This document shows, piece by piece, positions 36,540 to 49,467 of a stretch of DNA of 64,000 nt. The position numbers and the translations under genes were made by a program. Within the stretch, counting starts at the first letter, position 1; every line of letters begins with the position of its first letter. This DNA comes from Lama glama. Its lineage: Eukaryota. The notes beneath the pieces are model-generated. The model was not told where the DNA came from and searched no databases. It saw only the letters and a program-made list of their open reading frames with translations. The stretch covers positions 12,216,001 through 12,280,000 of the forward strand of contig CM052818.1 in the NCBI GenBank assembly GCA_028534125.1, read 5' to 3'.

Positions 36540-37850
36540 CTCTAGTTGACAACGTTATTTCCCATGGGGGTATGGGTTAACAGTTCTGATAGTGCTCAGC
36601 CTGCATACTCAAATGCAACAATTAAGTGAATGGACAGCAGATGGTGCAAGCCAGGTTTCTTACTATTGGAGTGGGAATTCACAGATTAGCAAGAGGTGGA
36701 AGCTAAAATAACCCATATGGTAATGGATTAGGGTTGAAGATATCAGCATGGACTCATGTTTAGCTTAAGGCAGAGATAGATAGTTAGATATTGACATATT
36801 TATAGCTTTGCTTATGTATACAGGTGAATATAGGTACCTATATTGTTTGCTCTGTCTACTGAGAAAGTGTGAAAGAAATACCATCCCATTAATCATGAAT
36901 GTACCTACTGCCCAGATCTTGGTTTCTAATACCATTTTTTTTAAATAAAAGGAACTAAGGCTTCTTGGAGAAATGTCTGATTCTAGGACCAGGGTAGGAA
37001 ATATACTTGAGATGGTGAGCCTGGAGTATCTTGTAGTGCCAGAAAGTAAGGAAGTAATCAAGACAAAAACAAAAAGCAATCCCAAAACATTGGTGAGGGT
37101 AAGTCAAAGAAAGACAGGAGTATGGTATGGACAAACAATAAATCTGACAAACAGTACCTCAGTCAGGTGATCAAGACCAGCATCAGCAATCATAAATCAT
37201 GTCGATAGTATATATGCTTGATACAATATGATGAAAATGGCATTTTACCTCTCTGGTGTTCTTCCCAATAATTCATAATCTCCATCTTATCATAAGAAAA
37301 ACATCAGATACATTTCAGTTTTTAGGTATTTTTGACTGTTAATTATATGTGTCAGTTTGACAGGGCCTATTCTGGATGTTTCTGCGAAGGTAACTTGGGT
37401 GAGATTTACATTTAAATCAGTGAATTTTGAGAAAAGCAGATGACCTTCCCTAATGTCGTGGACCTTATCCAGTCAGTCGAAGGCCTGAATGGAACAAAAG
37501 GCTAACCTTTTGTTAAGAGGAAATTCCCCAGCCAGACCACCTTCCAACTTCATCTGCAACACTGTCTCTCCAGCTTGAGCTGCAGTGTTGGCTCCTTCCC
37601 TGGGTCTCCAGCCTGCTGCCCACCCTGCAGATTTTGGACTTGCCAGTCTCCATAATGGTGAAAGCCAGTTCCTAAAAAAGAAATGTCTTTCCATACACAT
37701 CCTGTTGGTTCTATTTCTCTGAAGCACTGTGAGTTATACAGCATCCTGATAAATATATAACCAGAACTTCTCAGAATTGTTAAGGTCATCAAAAACAAAG
37801 TCTGAGAAAATATCACTGCCAAGAGGTGCCTAAGAGAGTCCAATATAAGA
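36540..37850 (+). mobile_element. Old L1 3' UTR (L1MD/L1MC-like), interrupted by an MLT2 LTR
   Basis: gccaggtttcttactattggagtggga...actcatgtttagctta...gcccagatcttggtttcta...tcttgtagtgccagaaagtaaggaagt; resumes after 37740 with aaggtcatcaaaaacaaagtctgagaaa. Confidence 0.75.
37331..37740 (+). mobile_element. MLT2-type (ERVL) solo LTR
   Basis: ttaattatatgtgtca...attctggatgtttctg...ttacatttaaatcagtg...gaaggcctgaat...ctgcagattttggacttgccag...cctgttggttctatttctctg...ataca follows MLT2C/D. Confidence 0.85.
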
Positions 37851-40214
37851 TTCATATGACACTATTGGATTTGCATTAAAGACAGTGTTGAAAGTGTTTT
37901 CTACTTAGTGGCCTTGTATATGAATAAGTGATAAATATTTGTGGTGTTGTTATTTTTATATCTTTTAGAACATACTGTTAAGAAAAGTTTTGTTTTCCAT
38001 GAGCCTAGGCTCTGCCTTTCTACTAATGAGAATCATAATTGGTAATTTTCTCATTTAACCTTGAATTCCCTTAAGCTCTGAGACAAATTTGAACATAACT
38101 ATTGCAGTTGTGTTCTCCTTATTTGTCATTGTTTTTGTTTGTTTGTTTCGCTTTATTTCCTTGTCCCATAAAAGATTTGACACAATGGTTTGAATTTCAT
38201 GTTGCTATTTTCCCTGGTTTTATAGTTGTATTTTCCCCGATCTTGATTTTTCTATTTTTATTTTATTGATATTTTGTATTTGTGAAATCCAGTAACAGAT
38301 GAATAGTTTTTTAGAGTCAAACATCTGAATTATAGACTATTTTTAAATTGCTTTCTAAAAATTTCAAATATATGTCATAACTTGGATTTGACTTTAAAAT
38401 GTGATATCTTGTTTGGCTGATATCTCACAGGCACGCCATTAATGAACTGATATGAGTGATGAATTTGGAAGAGTATTAGACTAGGATTTGGAAGACCTAT
38501 ATTTTTGTAGTTATGCTTAACTTGGAATTAATGATTTAATGTCTCTGGGACTCATTCTTCTCAGAGTAAAAGAAATGTTTAATCCTTCTGTTATAAAAAT
38601 TAATTGGTTTTACATATTGGTTTTTATTTTGTAGCAAATTACCTTTAATTTAGTGAATTTCAGAACTCAAGGAAAATTAACAATCAATTGGAAAAAATAC
38701 AAACATCTCTGTGTTCAAAAATACATTTTGTCATTTGCTGAGAAAGAAAGTTCTTAGAGAATGTCTTATCAGAAAAAAAAAAAAAAGCACCAAATTCCAT
38801 TTGGGCATTTGGCTAACATTTTAAGACTTTTAGAGTGATACATATTAATTGTTGAAATTCCCATGACCTCATATTCATTAAATGGTTGTCATTAAAGTTG
38901 TTAGAAGCTTGAATTCGTGAATGCTTCCAATGGAACATTTTTTACTAGAACTACAACCAGACTGAGAGTTTCCCCTGGAGTGCAGTAATGTATATAGCCA
39001 TACTGTTAGAGGACTCTGCTCTGGGAATTTCCCTCTCCTCTTCCTCATTTGGAGCTCCCAGTGACCTCCAAGTGAAGATTGAGTATACAAGATTAGAACA
39101 ATATAAGCAGATTCTATTCCAATTTGCCAAAGTGTTTATGCTAAGTGGTTAATAGTAGTCTATCCCTATATTTTCCTTGAAGAAACTGAATGTCATATGC
39201 TGGTAAATATTACTGCTTATTTATTGCTATATAATAAGTTACAAATGACTTTTTTATTCTGGACATTCTTTAACCTCCATGAATAATAAGAAACGTGACC
39301 ATAAAAACTAGAAATCTTCAACATTTTAAATTACTCTCCTCAGACAACTAATAACTACTGGGCCACATAAGAAAACCATTGGTAATGCTGACTAGGAAAG
39401 ACAGGCACAGAATTGGTATGATGGGTGAAAAATAAGGTCTCTCTTGTCTTAAGTTTTAGGAGATTTTATTAATTTTGATTCCAAATTTTTGGTTCTTTGC
39501 AAATGGTCTGATTTCAATGAGGTTGCATATAACATTCATTTTATGAATGAACAAATCATGGAGATAGTCACTGATAGTGTTTTCTTGCTCATTCCTTGTG
39601 ATGAGTTCCTCAAAGTTTTCAAGATTTAGTTTTCTTTTCACGTTAAACACACTAGAATCATTTCTTTGGGATGGATTATTACATAATATTCTATGAGATA
39701 GCCTGAATACTGAGGAAAAATATTTTTTATACAGTGTAAAATTTTACTCTAGGCATCTCTAGAGCAGAGGGCATTTTGTCTGATAATTAGGGAATTTAGA
39801 ATTCCAAAATAAATTTTAAAGTTTTTGGGTTTTTTTTAAATGGGCTAATCCTTGTCTAGATTTAACCAGTTTCCTATTATAATTATGATGATGATGATTG
39901 TTACTGTTATTATTAATTTGTGGAATATAAACTCACATGTGTTCATTTGAACTCCAAATGTCTCCTTATCTTTCAAAGTATAGGTCTTTCAGAGTAACAC
40001 TTGATAATTTTCGTGCAAATAAATTACAACTATAAGGAACACATTACTAGATTTTTCTCTACATGTAGGTAGACACACAAATGTGCATGTATTTTAATCT
40101 AAAATACCTATTTGAAAATGTCTTTCTGTACATTGAAAGGGCAAGAATAAGAATTCTGACAATGAAAAGTTGCTTTAAATTTCACTTAAAGTTTATGAAA
40201 TATTTATAGTACAT

Positions 40215-40372
40215 TTAAAATTTTTAAAAAGTCATTATAGATTCACAAGAAAGTGAAAACAAAATGTACAGGGAGGTCTCATACACCTTTTACCCAGTCT
40301 TCTCTAATGGTAACATTTTTTATAACTGTAGTGCCATATCCCAATCAAGTAGTCAACCTTGCTACAATGCAT
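40215..40372 (-). mobile_element. L1MB-like 3' terminal fragment
   Basis: ttatagattcacaagaa...gtacagggaggtctc...acccagt...aatggtaacat...ataactgtagt resembles the reverse L1MB7/8 3' end. Confidence 0.7.
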
Positions 40373-40483
40373 GCTATTTTATCATATTTGTTGAAGGATA
40401 AAAAAATTTACTATGAATTTCAAGTAATAATTCTACTAATCTGAAAAAATCCTCAGTCTTTTACATTTGAAGATATAAACATA

Positions 40484-40667
40484 TGTATAGTTGAAACATA
40501 AAATTACTTGTTATTTACCAATTTGGATCTACCAAATGACTGTTTTGACCATGTACCTATAGATATAGATATACATGAATGAATATACTCAATTGACTCA
40601 TGTGAAATTGTCAATATGCAAACTTTTTGACCTATAAACTGGCTATTTCTTAAAAGTCAATATAATA
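40484..40667. mobile_element. Two adjacent MADE2-like mariner MITE remnants (~40484-40561 and ~40586-40667)
   Basis: ttgactcatgtgaaattgtcaatat...tttttgacctataaa...ggctatttc...tcaatataata resembles the ~80-bp MADE2 consensus; the upstream copy is more decayed. Confidence 0.55.
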
Positions 40668-43454
40668 TGTCATCTCTTATTTCTATCAAAGTATATTTCA
40701 ATCATTTTACCATGTTAGTGATGTGAACTATTTAGAATACTGGGAAAGGGTTGAACCTATGAGTGAGGAAGGATTAGAGAAGATATTGGAAATGATTTTA
40801 GAACAATCTGAAAGAGTAGATTATTAGAGAGGTCTAAAAATTCATGTAAAATCTGACAGACCTCCTCTAGGAACTCCAAATTATTTCCTTTAGTCAAACG
40901 AGACGATCTAAAAACTACATGTCAAATTCCAGGTATTATTTTTTAAGGGAATATTCCTATGTGAGGGTCTATTTTTGAAATTTATAGAGCTATTCCTCAA
41001 CTAGAGGCTATTTATCTACTCATGTCTCCTAAAAGGATACTCATTCCTTATTTTTCTTTCCTAAGGTCTAAAAAGTATACTTGCAAAACTAAAAATTTCA
41101 AAAATTTCCTTAGAGAATATTTTATTGACACTGATTACTATCCATTAATAAAAATAAATAATGAGATGATTTCTCAGCAATATCTTAAAGAAACAAAGAA
41201 TCTAAAATATTCAGCATAACAATGGAGTCAGCCTTAGTGGGTGTCCTGTGATCTCTAGCTGCCATGTCAGTTATGTCCTTAAAGGTCATATCTGGTTATA
41301 GGAAGATGAGTCTATATCTCAGAGTATCAGGGTTTCATCAGAGTTTTCATCACATGAGATATAGGCTTGGTTCCCTCCAATCAAAGGACAGATGTTCTTT
41401 CTTTAGCACTGAAATTCAGAAAAGGATATTCCAACTTTACGGTATCCTAGACAAATGAATGATTAAAATTTAACTAACTAATCACATCCAGAAAGATGAT
41501 GAACAGGTATTGGTGGTGCTGAAAGAGATGGAGATTTTTGAGGGATACATATGTGTGTGGAGCAGAAGACCACAGAAATTCTACTTAAATTCATCAAATA
41601 TTTTCAATTAAATTTACTTTTGAGAATTTTTCCCCCTGGAAATCAGATGAACTTGAGCAGAAGATGTGGACAGTTCAGAGTTTCAGGTCTAACTAACCCA
41701 AGGAATAACTTAGACTGAAGGATGGAGATTAAGGGAACTCTAGCTTCCATCTGCTTTAATGACAGTTCAGTTGGCTTGTCCGTGGACCATTGATTTCAGT
41801 ATCTCTGGGGAAGGCTGACAAACACAGTTCCTTATTTAGAGTTATGTCCATGGCTGGTCATCTGGCGTGGCAGAGCCATCCGGCTGCCTGTCCTCTGGGA
41901 CTCTGCACAACACTGATCTACTCTCACCTATAGTTTATGTTGCTTGCCAGCTCAGCTGGTGCCAACCCAAGCAAGACCTAGTCTTTCTCAGTGACCTTGC
42001 TAGCCCAACTGAACAGTCAGACCAGGCTTCTAACTTTGCTGTATTCTCCTACTAATACAAGAGTTACTTCTGTTTTCATTTGTGTTGAGATTTCCAGTAA
42101 TACCTTGGGAAACTTGTGCCATAAGGGAAGAAGGGGAGCAGTGGGTGATTTGTGAGTAGAGACACTCATAAAAAGATAGTGCCTAGCTAGAGATTTTTTT
42201 TCTGGCATCTACCTCTTATCTACCAAAGACTATTAAGAATGCTTACCCATTTGTGATAGAACATTTATAAGGGACACTTCTTCTTGCCCTTCCTTTTTCT
42301 TTTTTGAAGAAGTCACTAAGAAGGAGAATAACATAATAGAAACTGGTATTTAATTTTATTTAAGGGGTCCTTAACATGATAATCATGATGCTAGAGGTAT
42401 CTTAGTAAGGACATGGCTTTTGATTTTGGAGTTGACCATTAAGGAGAAGTTTAGGAAATGGATTAGTAGTGGTTGACCACAAGAAGCTATTATGGCTCTT
42501 GTGGCATGACCATGAGCTGACCATGAGTCACACATAGCATCAGGGTTCTGGGGAAAGCAAGTACTTCTTTTCTTAATGCTTACCTTGGAGGATTTCTTTC
42601 TCTAGTGCATCGTGATATTTACTGCTCCCTTTGCAAAACTCCTGTTACTTTCCTGGTTTGTCTCTTCTCTCTTACATTTCTTTTTTATTATTCATGGGTT
42701 CCTTTATTCTCTGCTGGACCTTGTAGTATAGCAATGTATTCATGCACTTCTCTCTCTTTGCTTTTGGTAGTTGCAGCTAGACAGTTCAGATTCAACTCAC
42801 TTTTTATAATTAATATTAATTTTGACTAGTCTCTCTAACTCTAATCTATACATCTAACATTTCTCTATATTTTTCTTTCTTTTCTTTTTTAGGGACTTAG
42901 CCCAGACCTTAATTTTGACTAGATTCTTAGACTAATCCCTACATAAAGCTTTAAAATAATTTTTATGGCCATTTCCTCTTGGAGGTAAGGAAAGGGGAGC
43001 AGGTACTAAACTTGGGATAACACTTCTTGAAGAATGTTGTTGATTATTTCTCCTTTTTGGGAGATGAAGAGGTAAATCTCAGTGATGTGATTTAGAATCA
43101 AGTAAGACCTATTTATGTGATTTTTAAACTTGTCTCCCAGAGTTGGATAAATAATAATGCTCCAATAATGAATAAGCAACCAACTGTTCCAAATGGATCT
43201 TGAGGAAAAGGAGAAACTCAGAGACTCTGTTTTGATATTAGCTGCCTTGGAGGGAGATGAATAGATGGACGAACGTGCCTCAAGGAAAGGGTCACTGACA
43301 CAGCATTTATTATCAGTATACACATCCAAAGGATGAGAAGGTTGTTGAAAGCTATCTACTGCTATGTTAGCTTTCTGAAATAATGGGTCATTCTCTTCAA
43401 AAAAAACTTTTGCCTTCCTCATTATATAAATAATAGAAATGCTTTAATCAATGC

Positions 43455-43852
43455 TTTCCACAGTTGTCCTTTCCCATACTTCTGGCATCATTTTCCAGGC
43501 CACCTTCCTTCTCCACACCTAAACCACATACCCTAAATAGAAGCTATTTTGGTCTCTTTGTTATTTCTTGCTTACTGCACCTCCTCATCAATCTTTGGGC
43601 TTTTGCTCTAATTTTTACCTCCCTTTTTATGTCTTTCTTCCCCACTTCAGAAATGTAGTTCAAGATCTACCTTTTCCGAGAAATCTTTGTGAATCAAACC
43701 TGTCTCTTCTAAATTTCCATGGCATGTTGCTTTAATCTTTGTTATGCCATTAAGTCATCTTAGCTCTTACGTTAATGTTTTTGTTTCTGAATCTTATACT
43801 AATATTCTCGGCTATGTAGCCACTCAGTAAATGTTTCTGAACATAACTGAAC
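43455..43852 (+). mobile_element. L2 LINE 3' region
   Basis: Pyrimidine-rich L2-like body ending gtagccactcagtaaatgtttctgaac...tgaa. Confidence 0.5.
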
Positions 43853-44004
43853 TCACTTAAGTTATATTAAGCTCAAACTCACCAGTTAGATCTTGGTGAG
43901 TGAGTGCACCAAAACTGCAGTCTTTCTTTTAACTACTATAGGGCCAAAGCCAAAGATTTTAAATGGAATATCAAGACTAATTTTTTTGAGTGGCTTCTGT
44001 AATG

Positions 44005-44285
44005 AATTATTTCATCTATTCATTTTGTGAAGCCAGGGACTGTGGTAGGGAGGCTAGCTCTGTGCTACTTGAATAAAAAATGGTCTATAACCTTAAGGAG
44101 ATCAGAATCTATAAAAGAAAATAGAAACTTAAGTAATTCATTAGAATAAAAGATGATATAGAGACTATAGATAGTATCAGAGGACACAGGACTGACCAGT
44201 TGTGCTTGGCAGATATCAGGAAAGAGTTCACAGTGGTTCTGAAAGAGAAATAGGAGCTGTCCAGTTTAAGATGGCAGGGTGTATT
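44005..44285 (-). mobile_element. L2 LINE 3' region
   Basis: ttcatctattcat...gccagggactgtggtagg...ccttaaggagatcagaatcta is the reverse L2 terminus. Confidence 0.5.
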
Positions 44286-44381
44286 CATGATAATCTCAAA
44301 TTCAATTTAAAGTTTGTCTAATTATAGAACTGGTGTGCGGGTAATCATTCTAGGAATTTGTTTGAATGGGTTTATGTGTAA

Positions 44382-44384
<3 letters not shown>

Positions 44385-44424
<40 letters not shown>
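44385..44424. repeat. (TG)20 perfect microsatellite
   Basis: Seen directly. Confidence 0.97.
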
Positions 44425-44425
<1 letters not shown>

Positions 44426-44792
44426 CTGAGTGAAGTTCAGAAAGAAGGGGGGATCTCCAGCACTGTGAGGCAGTGCTGAGCACACAAATGGGGGAGAACG
44501 GGGAAGAATGTCCCATCCTACACCTCTGCAGAGACTTAAGCCCTGGAAAGAGAAGAGTTAAGAACCAGAACCTAAATATATAGTGTTCATAAGGCAAGTT
44601 TTGGGATTCTAGGAATAAACTCGCTAAGGTAATCTTTTACTTCCTCTGAAATGTGGATGCTACATTCACATTCTGCAGCCAGAAACACTGCAGGCCATCA
44701 GTACTGCGAATGCCCCTGGTAGGGCCCTAGCATGTTTTTCCCACGAGTTCTCAACAACAGTAGAAGCTCTGGAGACACCGATTTGTCAAAGT

Positions 44793-44935
44793 CTAAGCAT
44801 GATGATTTGGAAGCCAGACACTTACTAATTGTGTGGCTTTGGGCAAATCACTTAAGTTATGAGTCTCATTTTCTTCATCTGTAAAATAAAGGTAATACTG
44901 AACTTGCCTAAGTCCATTGTGAAGATTAGGGAATC
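44793..44935 (+). mobile_element. MIR SINE
   Basis: cacttactaattgtgtggctttgggcaaatcacttaa...tctcattttcttcatctgtaaaat is the MIR core. Confidence 0.75.
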
Positions 44936-46662
44936 TAAAGGGCCCGATGGAGTAACCATCAGATATGCTACTGATATATTCGCTCAGTAGATAATTGTGC
45001 TATTACTATTAATACATTATTTTTTAATCTTTTTCATGACCTCCTTTGTCATTCAACTCCATGAATGCTTACAGTTATATTCCATAGGACAGATTTAAGC
45101 TATAGAAAATGTTCATCATTTTAATAAACATGGATTTAAGTAAGTTTTTGTTGATGTTATATAGTTCATTACTGACATTTAATAACTTTGTGCCTTACTG
45201 TGGCACTTTTACTTTAATATGGTGTAATAAATATTTGATAAATGGTGTTTTACCTGGTATACTGACTGCAGAACATACTTGCTGAGAAATTCTAGGCATT
45301 TCTTGTAACTCCTACTTTCTGTACTTTTGCTGTCTCAAATTAACTTCGTATAAGGGATTTGAATGCAGTTTGACCATTGCTGCAGTGTCAATTATCAGTG
45401 TATCAGAGATTCATTGCTACTAACAAATTCTGATTTATGTTTGACTCAGAGCATGCCAGCAAAAGAACAATAGCTATGTTTATTTCTACAATGAAAGAAG
45501 ACAAGTGAGGTTTTCTAGTTGGAAGTGTCTATGTGTGACTGTTGATTCAAAATGGAAAAACTTGTGAAATGCTTGTAAAATTCAGGAGACATAGCTGGTT
45601 TTGGATATCCTGATAAACTCAACAAATCACATATTTTTCTTCAAAAGGCTGTAGGTGAATAGATGATAGAGATCTTAAACTCTTAATTTTGTCCATCCAG
45701 AAATCCCTCTCATTGGTAATGGTAGAGATATTATGCCTTGGTTTTCATCTAGTGGGAAGACTGAAATTGGTAAAAATCATGATAAAGCTGTATATTTTAC
45801 AGGGACCATCAAATTAAATTTCATGTGAAGTTTGAGTCAAGGTGGGAAAATGCACTTATGATGGAAGTATAAAACTTGGTTAAAAAATAAGGAAAAAATG
45901 CTTGCCCTTAAAATTTTTGTGGAAAATACATACCTGCAAATAATAGATGGAGCTGTTGAGGTCACATGTCTTTTGTATGTCTTCTCCAGTGTTCTGTTTT
46001 ACAGAGCACACAACTGTTATCTTTACTGAACTTAAAAAAAAAAAAATCATACCTAAAAGATCAAGTGTGGGAAAGAACTGAGTCGACGAAATATAGCAAA
46101 TGTATTGTTCCCCATATCTTGGCAATGAAATAACCCTGAAATGACTGTGAGGATGTATTGATTAAAAAAAATATGGCTGGTCCTACCAACCATATTGGTA
46201 GCATTGACTCTTATTTTTAAAAATTTATTGCCAAGACTATCCATCCATTTGGATAAATACTTTTTTCCAAAAAAAAAAAATCCTTGAATAGTTGATATTT
46301 TCTTCATTTTAAATCCAGGTAAATGAACATATTATTGGGTTTGACTTCAGATCTATAATTCATTCCTATCTTTCCTGTCTAAAAGAGCAACTAGAATAAG
46401 TTAATACTGTTCCCAGGCTCAAACAGTATTAAGACACTGATTTGTAAATGTCAGAATGAGATCTTAACATTTGCAAGAAATACCCAAATAAGACTGCCAA
46501 AGATCGTTAGTGTCAGGTGGTATGAGAACAAGACAACATTATCTTTTAAAATTCATTTCTACTCAGTGTATGTCGTATACCAAAATAATTCTTCAGTAGT
46601 TCAAAATGATGTTCGGCTGTTCTTAATTGATGGGATGGTGCACTTCCTGATTACTCAAGATA

Positions 46663-49070
46663 ATTTTTAAAGTTTTTATTTTGAAATAATTTTAGACTTC
46701 CAGACAAGTTGCAAAAATAGTGCAGAATTTCTTTATACTCTCCATGCATCTTTCCCTAATGTTAATATCCCACATAACTGTCATATAGTCATTAAAACTA
46801 AGAAATTAACATTGGTATAATAATATTGGCTAAACTACAGACTGTTCATATTTCATTAGTTTTTTTTTAACATTTTCACTTAAAAATTGAATTATAGTCA
46901 GTTTACAATGCTGTGTCAATTTCTGGTGTACAGCTTAATATTTCAGTCATATATATACATACATAAATTCATTTTTATATTCTTTTTCATTATAGGTTAC
47001 TACAAGATAAATCATTAGTTTTTATTAAAATTCTTTTCCCTTTTTTTTCCCCAGAATCCAATTCAAAATCCCACAACACAAGTAGTTGTAATGTCTTAGT
47101 CTCTTCCAATATATGACAGTTCCTCAGCCTTTCCTTGTCTTTGTGACCTTTACACTTTTGAAGAGTACTCTGGTCAGTTATTTTGTAGAATGCACCTCAA
47201 CTTGTGATTGACATTTTATCATAATTAAAGTCATCCATTTTTGGCAAGGGTACTGCAGAAGTCATATGCCCTTCTCATTGTATCATATCAGGAGATTCGT
47301 GATACTACGTTTCTTATTACAGTGGCCTTAAAGATGGTGTCGTCTGGGTTTTCCACTATGAAGTTACTATTTCCTCATTATAATTAAAGATACCTTGGGG
47401 AATATTCTTAGAGGCCATTCAAATATCCTGTTTCCCCTCAAGATTTTATCCACTAATCTTTGAATCTATTGGTAAATTTTGCTTGTAACAGTTATTATTG
47501 TGATTTCCTGATGGGGATTTTTCTATTTCTACATTCCTTCTGTTCTTATAAGTTGCAATTATTTTGTAAAGAAGAACTGTCCCTTCTTCCCTATTTCTTT
47601 TTGTTCCCACCTATTTATTTATGTGCTTGCTCATGGATACTCTCTTCCATGAGTGTTAATCCAATACTGTCATTTTTATTCTGTTGCTCAAGTTGTCCAG
47701 CTTTCATGCTGGTGCCTGCACCCTTTCAACATGTTTCTGTCTTTTTTGAGCACTTCCTTACTTTATTGGCACCACAAGATGCTCTAGACTTATCTTTAAT
47801 TTTCTTCATCCAGACCCAGAATAAACCACTTCACCAAGAAGTCATGGTTTCTTTTGCTGAAAAACAGTGTTCAGAAACCAAGATCTGGATACTAGATATA
47901 CTCATAGCTACTGGGGTACCATTGCTTCAAGTACTTCTCAGCAGACAGAGCTAGAAATTTGATGAATAGTACATGCCTATATATACATAGATTTTTATTT
48001 CTGTATTTATCTGCGTATGTATTTTTGACACTGTACTTATACTTCCAGTTCCAATCCAGTGCCGCAAGTTTCAGGCTAGTCGTCTCTCTTCCATATTTGC
48101 AACTTCTTTCTGTGACAGTCACAAATCTGGCTGTCAGTATCTATATTACATTCGTCAATTAATCAACCTCAGTATACATATCAGCTAGTTCTGGATTGGT
48201 TGATCCATTCGCCCATGAAATACATATTTTCTAATTAGAGTATGCTGTTTGGGTAGAGTATCTTTTGACTTTAGCCTTATAATATCAGCCAAAATATGAT
48301 TTGCCAAAGTAATTAAAGTTAATTCTTTTCTTTTCTTCCACATTCCTTGTGGTTATGTTATTTATTTGTAACATAGTTCATTCGTTAGTTTTTATTTCAT
48401 TTTGGGTTCTCCTACATGCTGGTTGAGTTTTTAAATTTTACATTACGCATTCTTTGTTGTACTTATGAGCCTATGAGTTTTGAAAAATGAATGGAGCCGT
48501 TTATCCATCACTGCCGTCATGATACAGAATAGTCTCATCACCCTCAACACACCCTCATGCTGCCTCTTGGTAAAATACTCCTCCCACGACCTTGTATTCT
48601 CGATGCTGATTTTTCATCCTTATAATTTTGCCCTTTAGCATGTCACATACATGGAATAATAGGTATAGTTTTGAATATGGCTTCTTTCATTTAGCCGAAT
48701 GTATTTAAGGGTCATCAATGTTGTGTGAATCCACAGTTTGTTCCTCTTTATTGCTGAGAGGTATTCTAGTATATGGATGTACCACAGTTTGATTACCTCT
48801 TCACTGGCTGAAGAACACCTGGGTTGTTTCTGGGATTTGGTGATTATGAATAAACTTGCTGTAAACATTCACATACGGGTTTTTGTGAATGTAAGTTTTG
48901 ACTATGGGGGGATAAATACCTAGTAGTGGCTTTGCTGGATTATGTTGTAAGTGTATATTGAACTTTATAAGAAACTGCCAAACTGTCTTCCTGCAGTGCT
49001 AAATCATTTTGCCCTCCTACCAGCAACGTATGAGAGTTCTAGCTGCTCTGAATCCTCACTAGCAGTTAGT
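46663..49070 (-). mobile_element. Old L1 (L1MC/L1MD-like) 3' UTR plus ORF2 C-terminus
   Basis: Begins tttattttgaaataattttagactt...aagttgcaaaaatagt; translation MFTASLFIITKSQKQPRC...KLWYIHILEYLSAIKRN is the L1 ORF2 end. Confidence 0.85.
46865..47011 (-). mobile_element. ~147-bp younger L1 3' end nested in the old L1, with 12-bp TSD
   Basis: TSD tcattagttttt at 46853-46864 and 47012-47023; body is homologous to the 3' UTR of the L1 at 15860-15975. Confidence 0.85.
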
Positions 49071-49071
49071 T

Positions 49072-49215
49072 AGTATTATCATCATCTTCATTACAGACAA
49101 GGAAATGGAGATTAAGAAATATTTAAAAACTTGTCTAAGGTCACACACATACTGCCAGGACTCAGATTTGAACCCAAGCTCAGTGAGTTCCAAATTCAGT
49201 TATTATTTCACTATC
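49072..49215 (-). mobile_element. MIR SINE fragment
   Basis: ttacagacaaggaaatggag...acttgtctaaggtcacaca...gatttgaacccaag is reverse MIR. Confidence 0.7.
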
Positions 49216-49467
49216 CCTTTTTCATAAGAACAGTTATTATTTATCCACATTTACTCATTTACATGGGGAGTTTAGGTTACTTTTTCAAAGAGCATTTCTG
49301 TTATCTTGGCCAGCCATTGTGAATGATTTTTGAGAAGTAGACAGGGTAGTTGATAATGATAATTGTTTTTCCATGAGAGAAAGATGAGTCCTGAAGTAGT
49401 CAAGAAATATGCAGTATGTTTCAGTGACTGAGTGGGAAATAACAGTGATCGTTTGCTTCTAGGGCAC

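Noticed and set aside
36631..36648. CTCF-like ACAGCAGATGGTGC
   Set aside because: Imperfect and inside a decayed L1 3' UTR.
43006..43422. 138-aa ATG ORF on the minus strand
   Set aside because: No recognisable homology or splice context; length is plausible by chance in 64 kb over six frames.
47460..47954. 164-aa hydrophobic plus-strand ORF
   Set aside because: Antisense read of an old L1 3' UTR; F/L richness reflects T-rich DNA.
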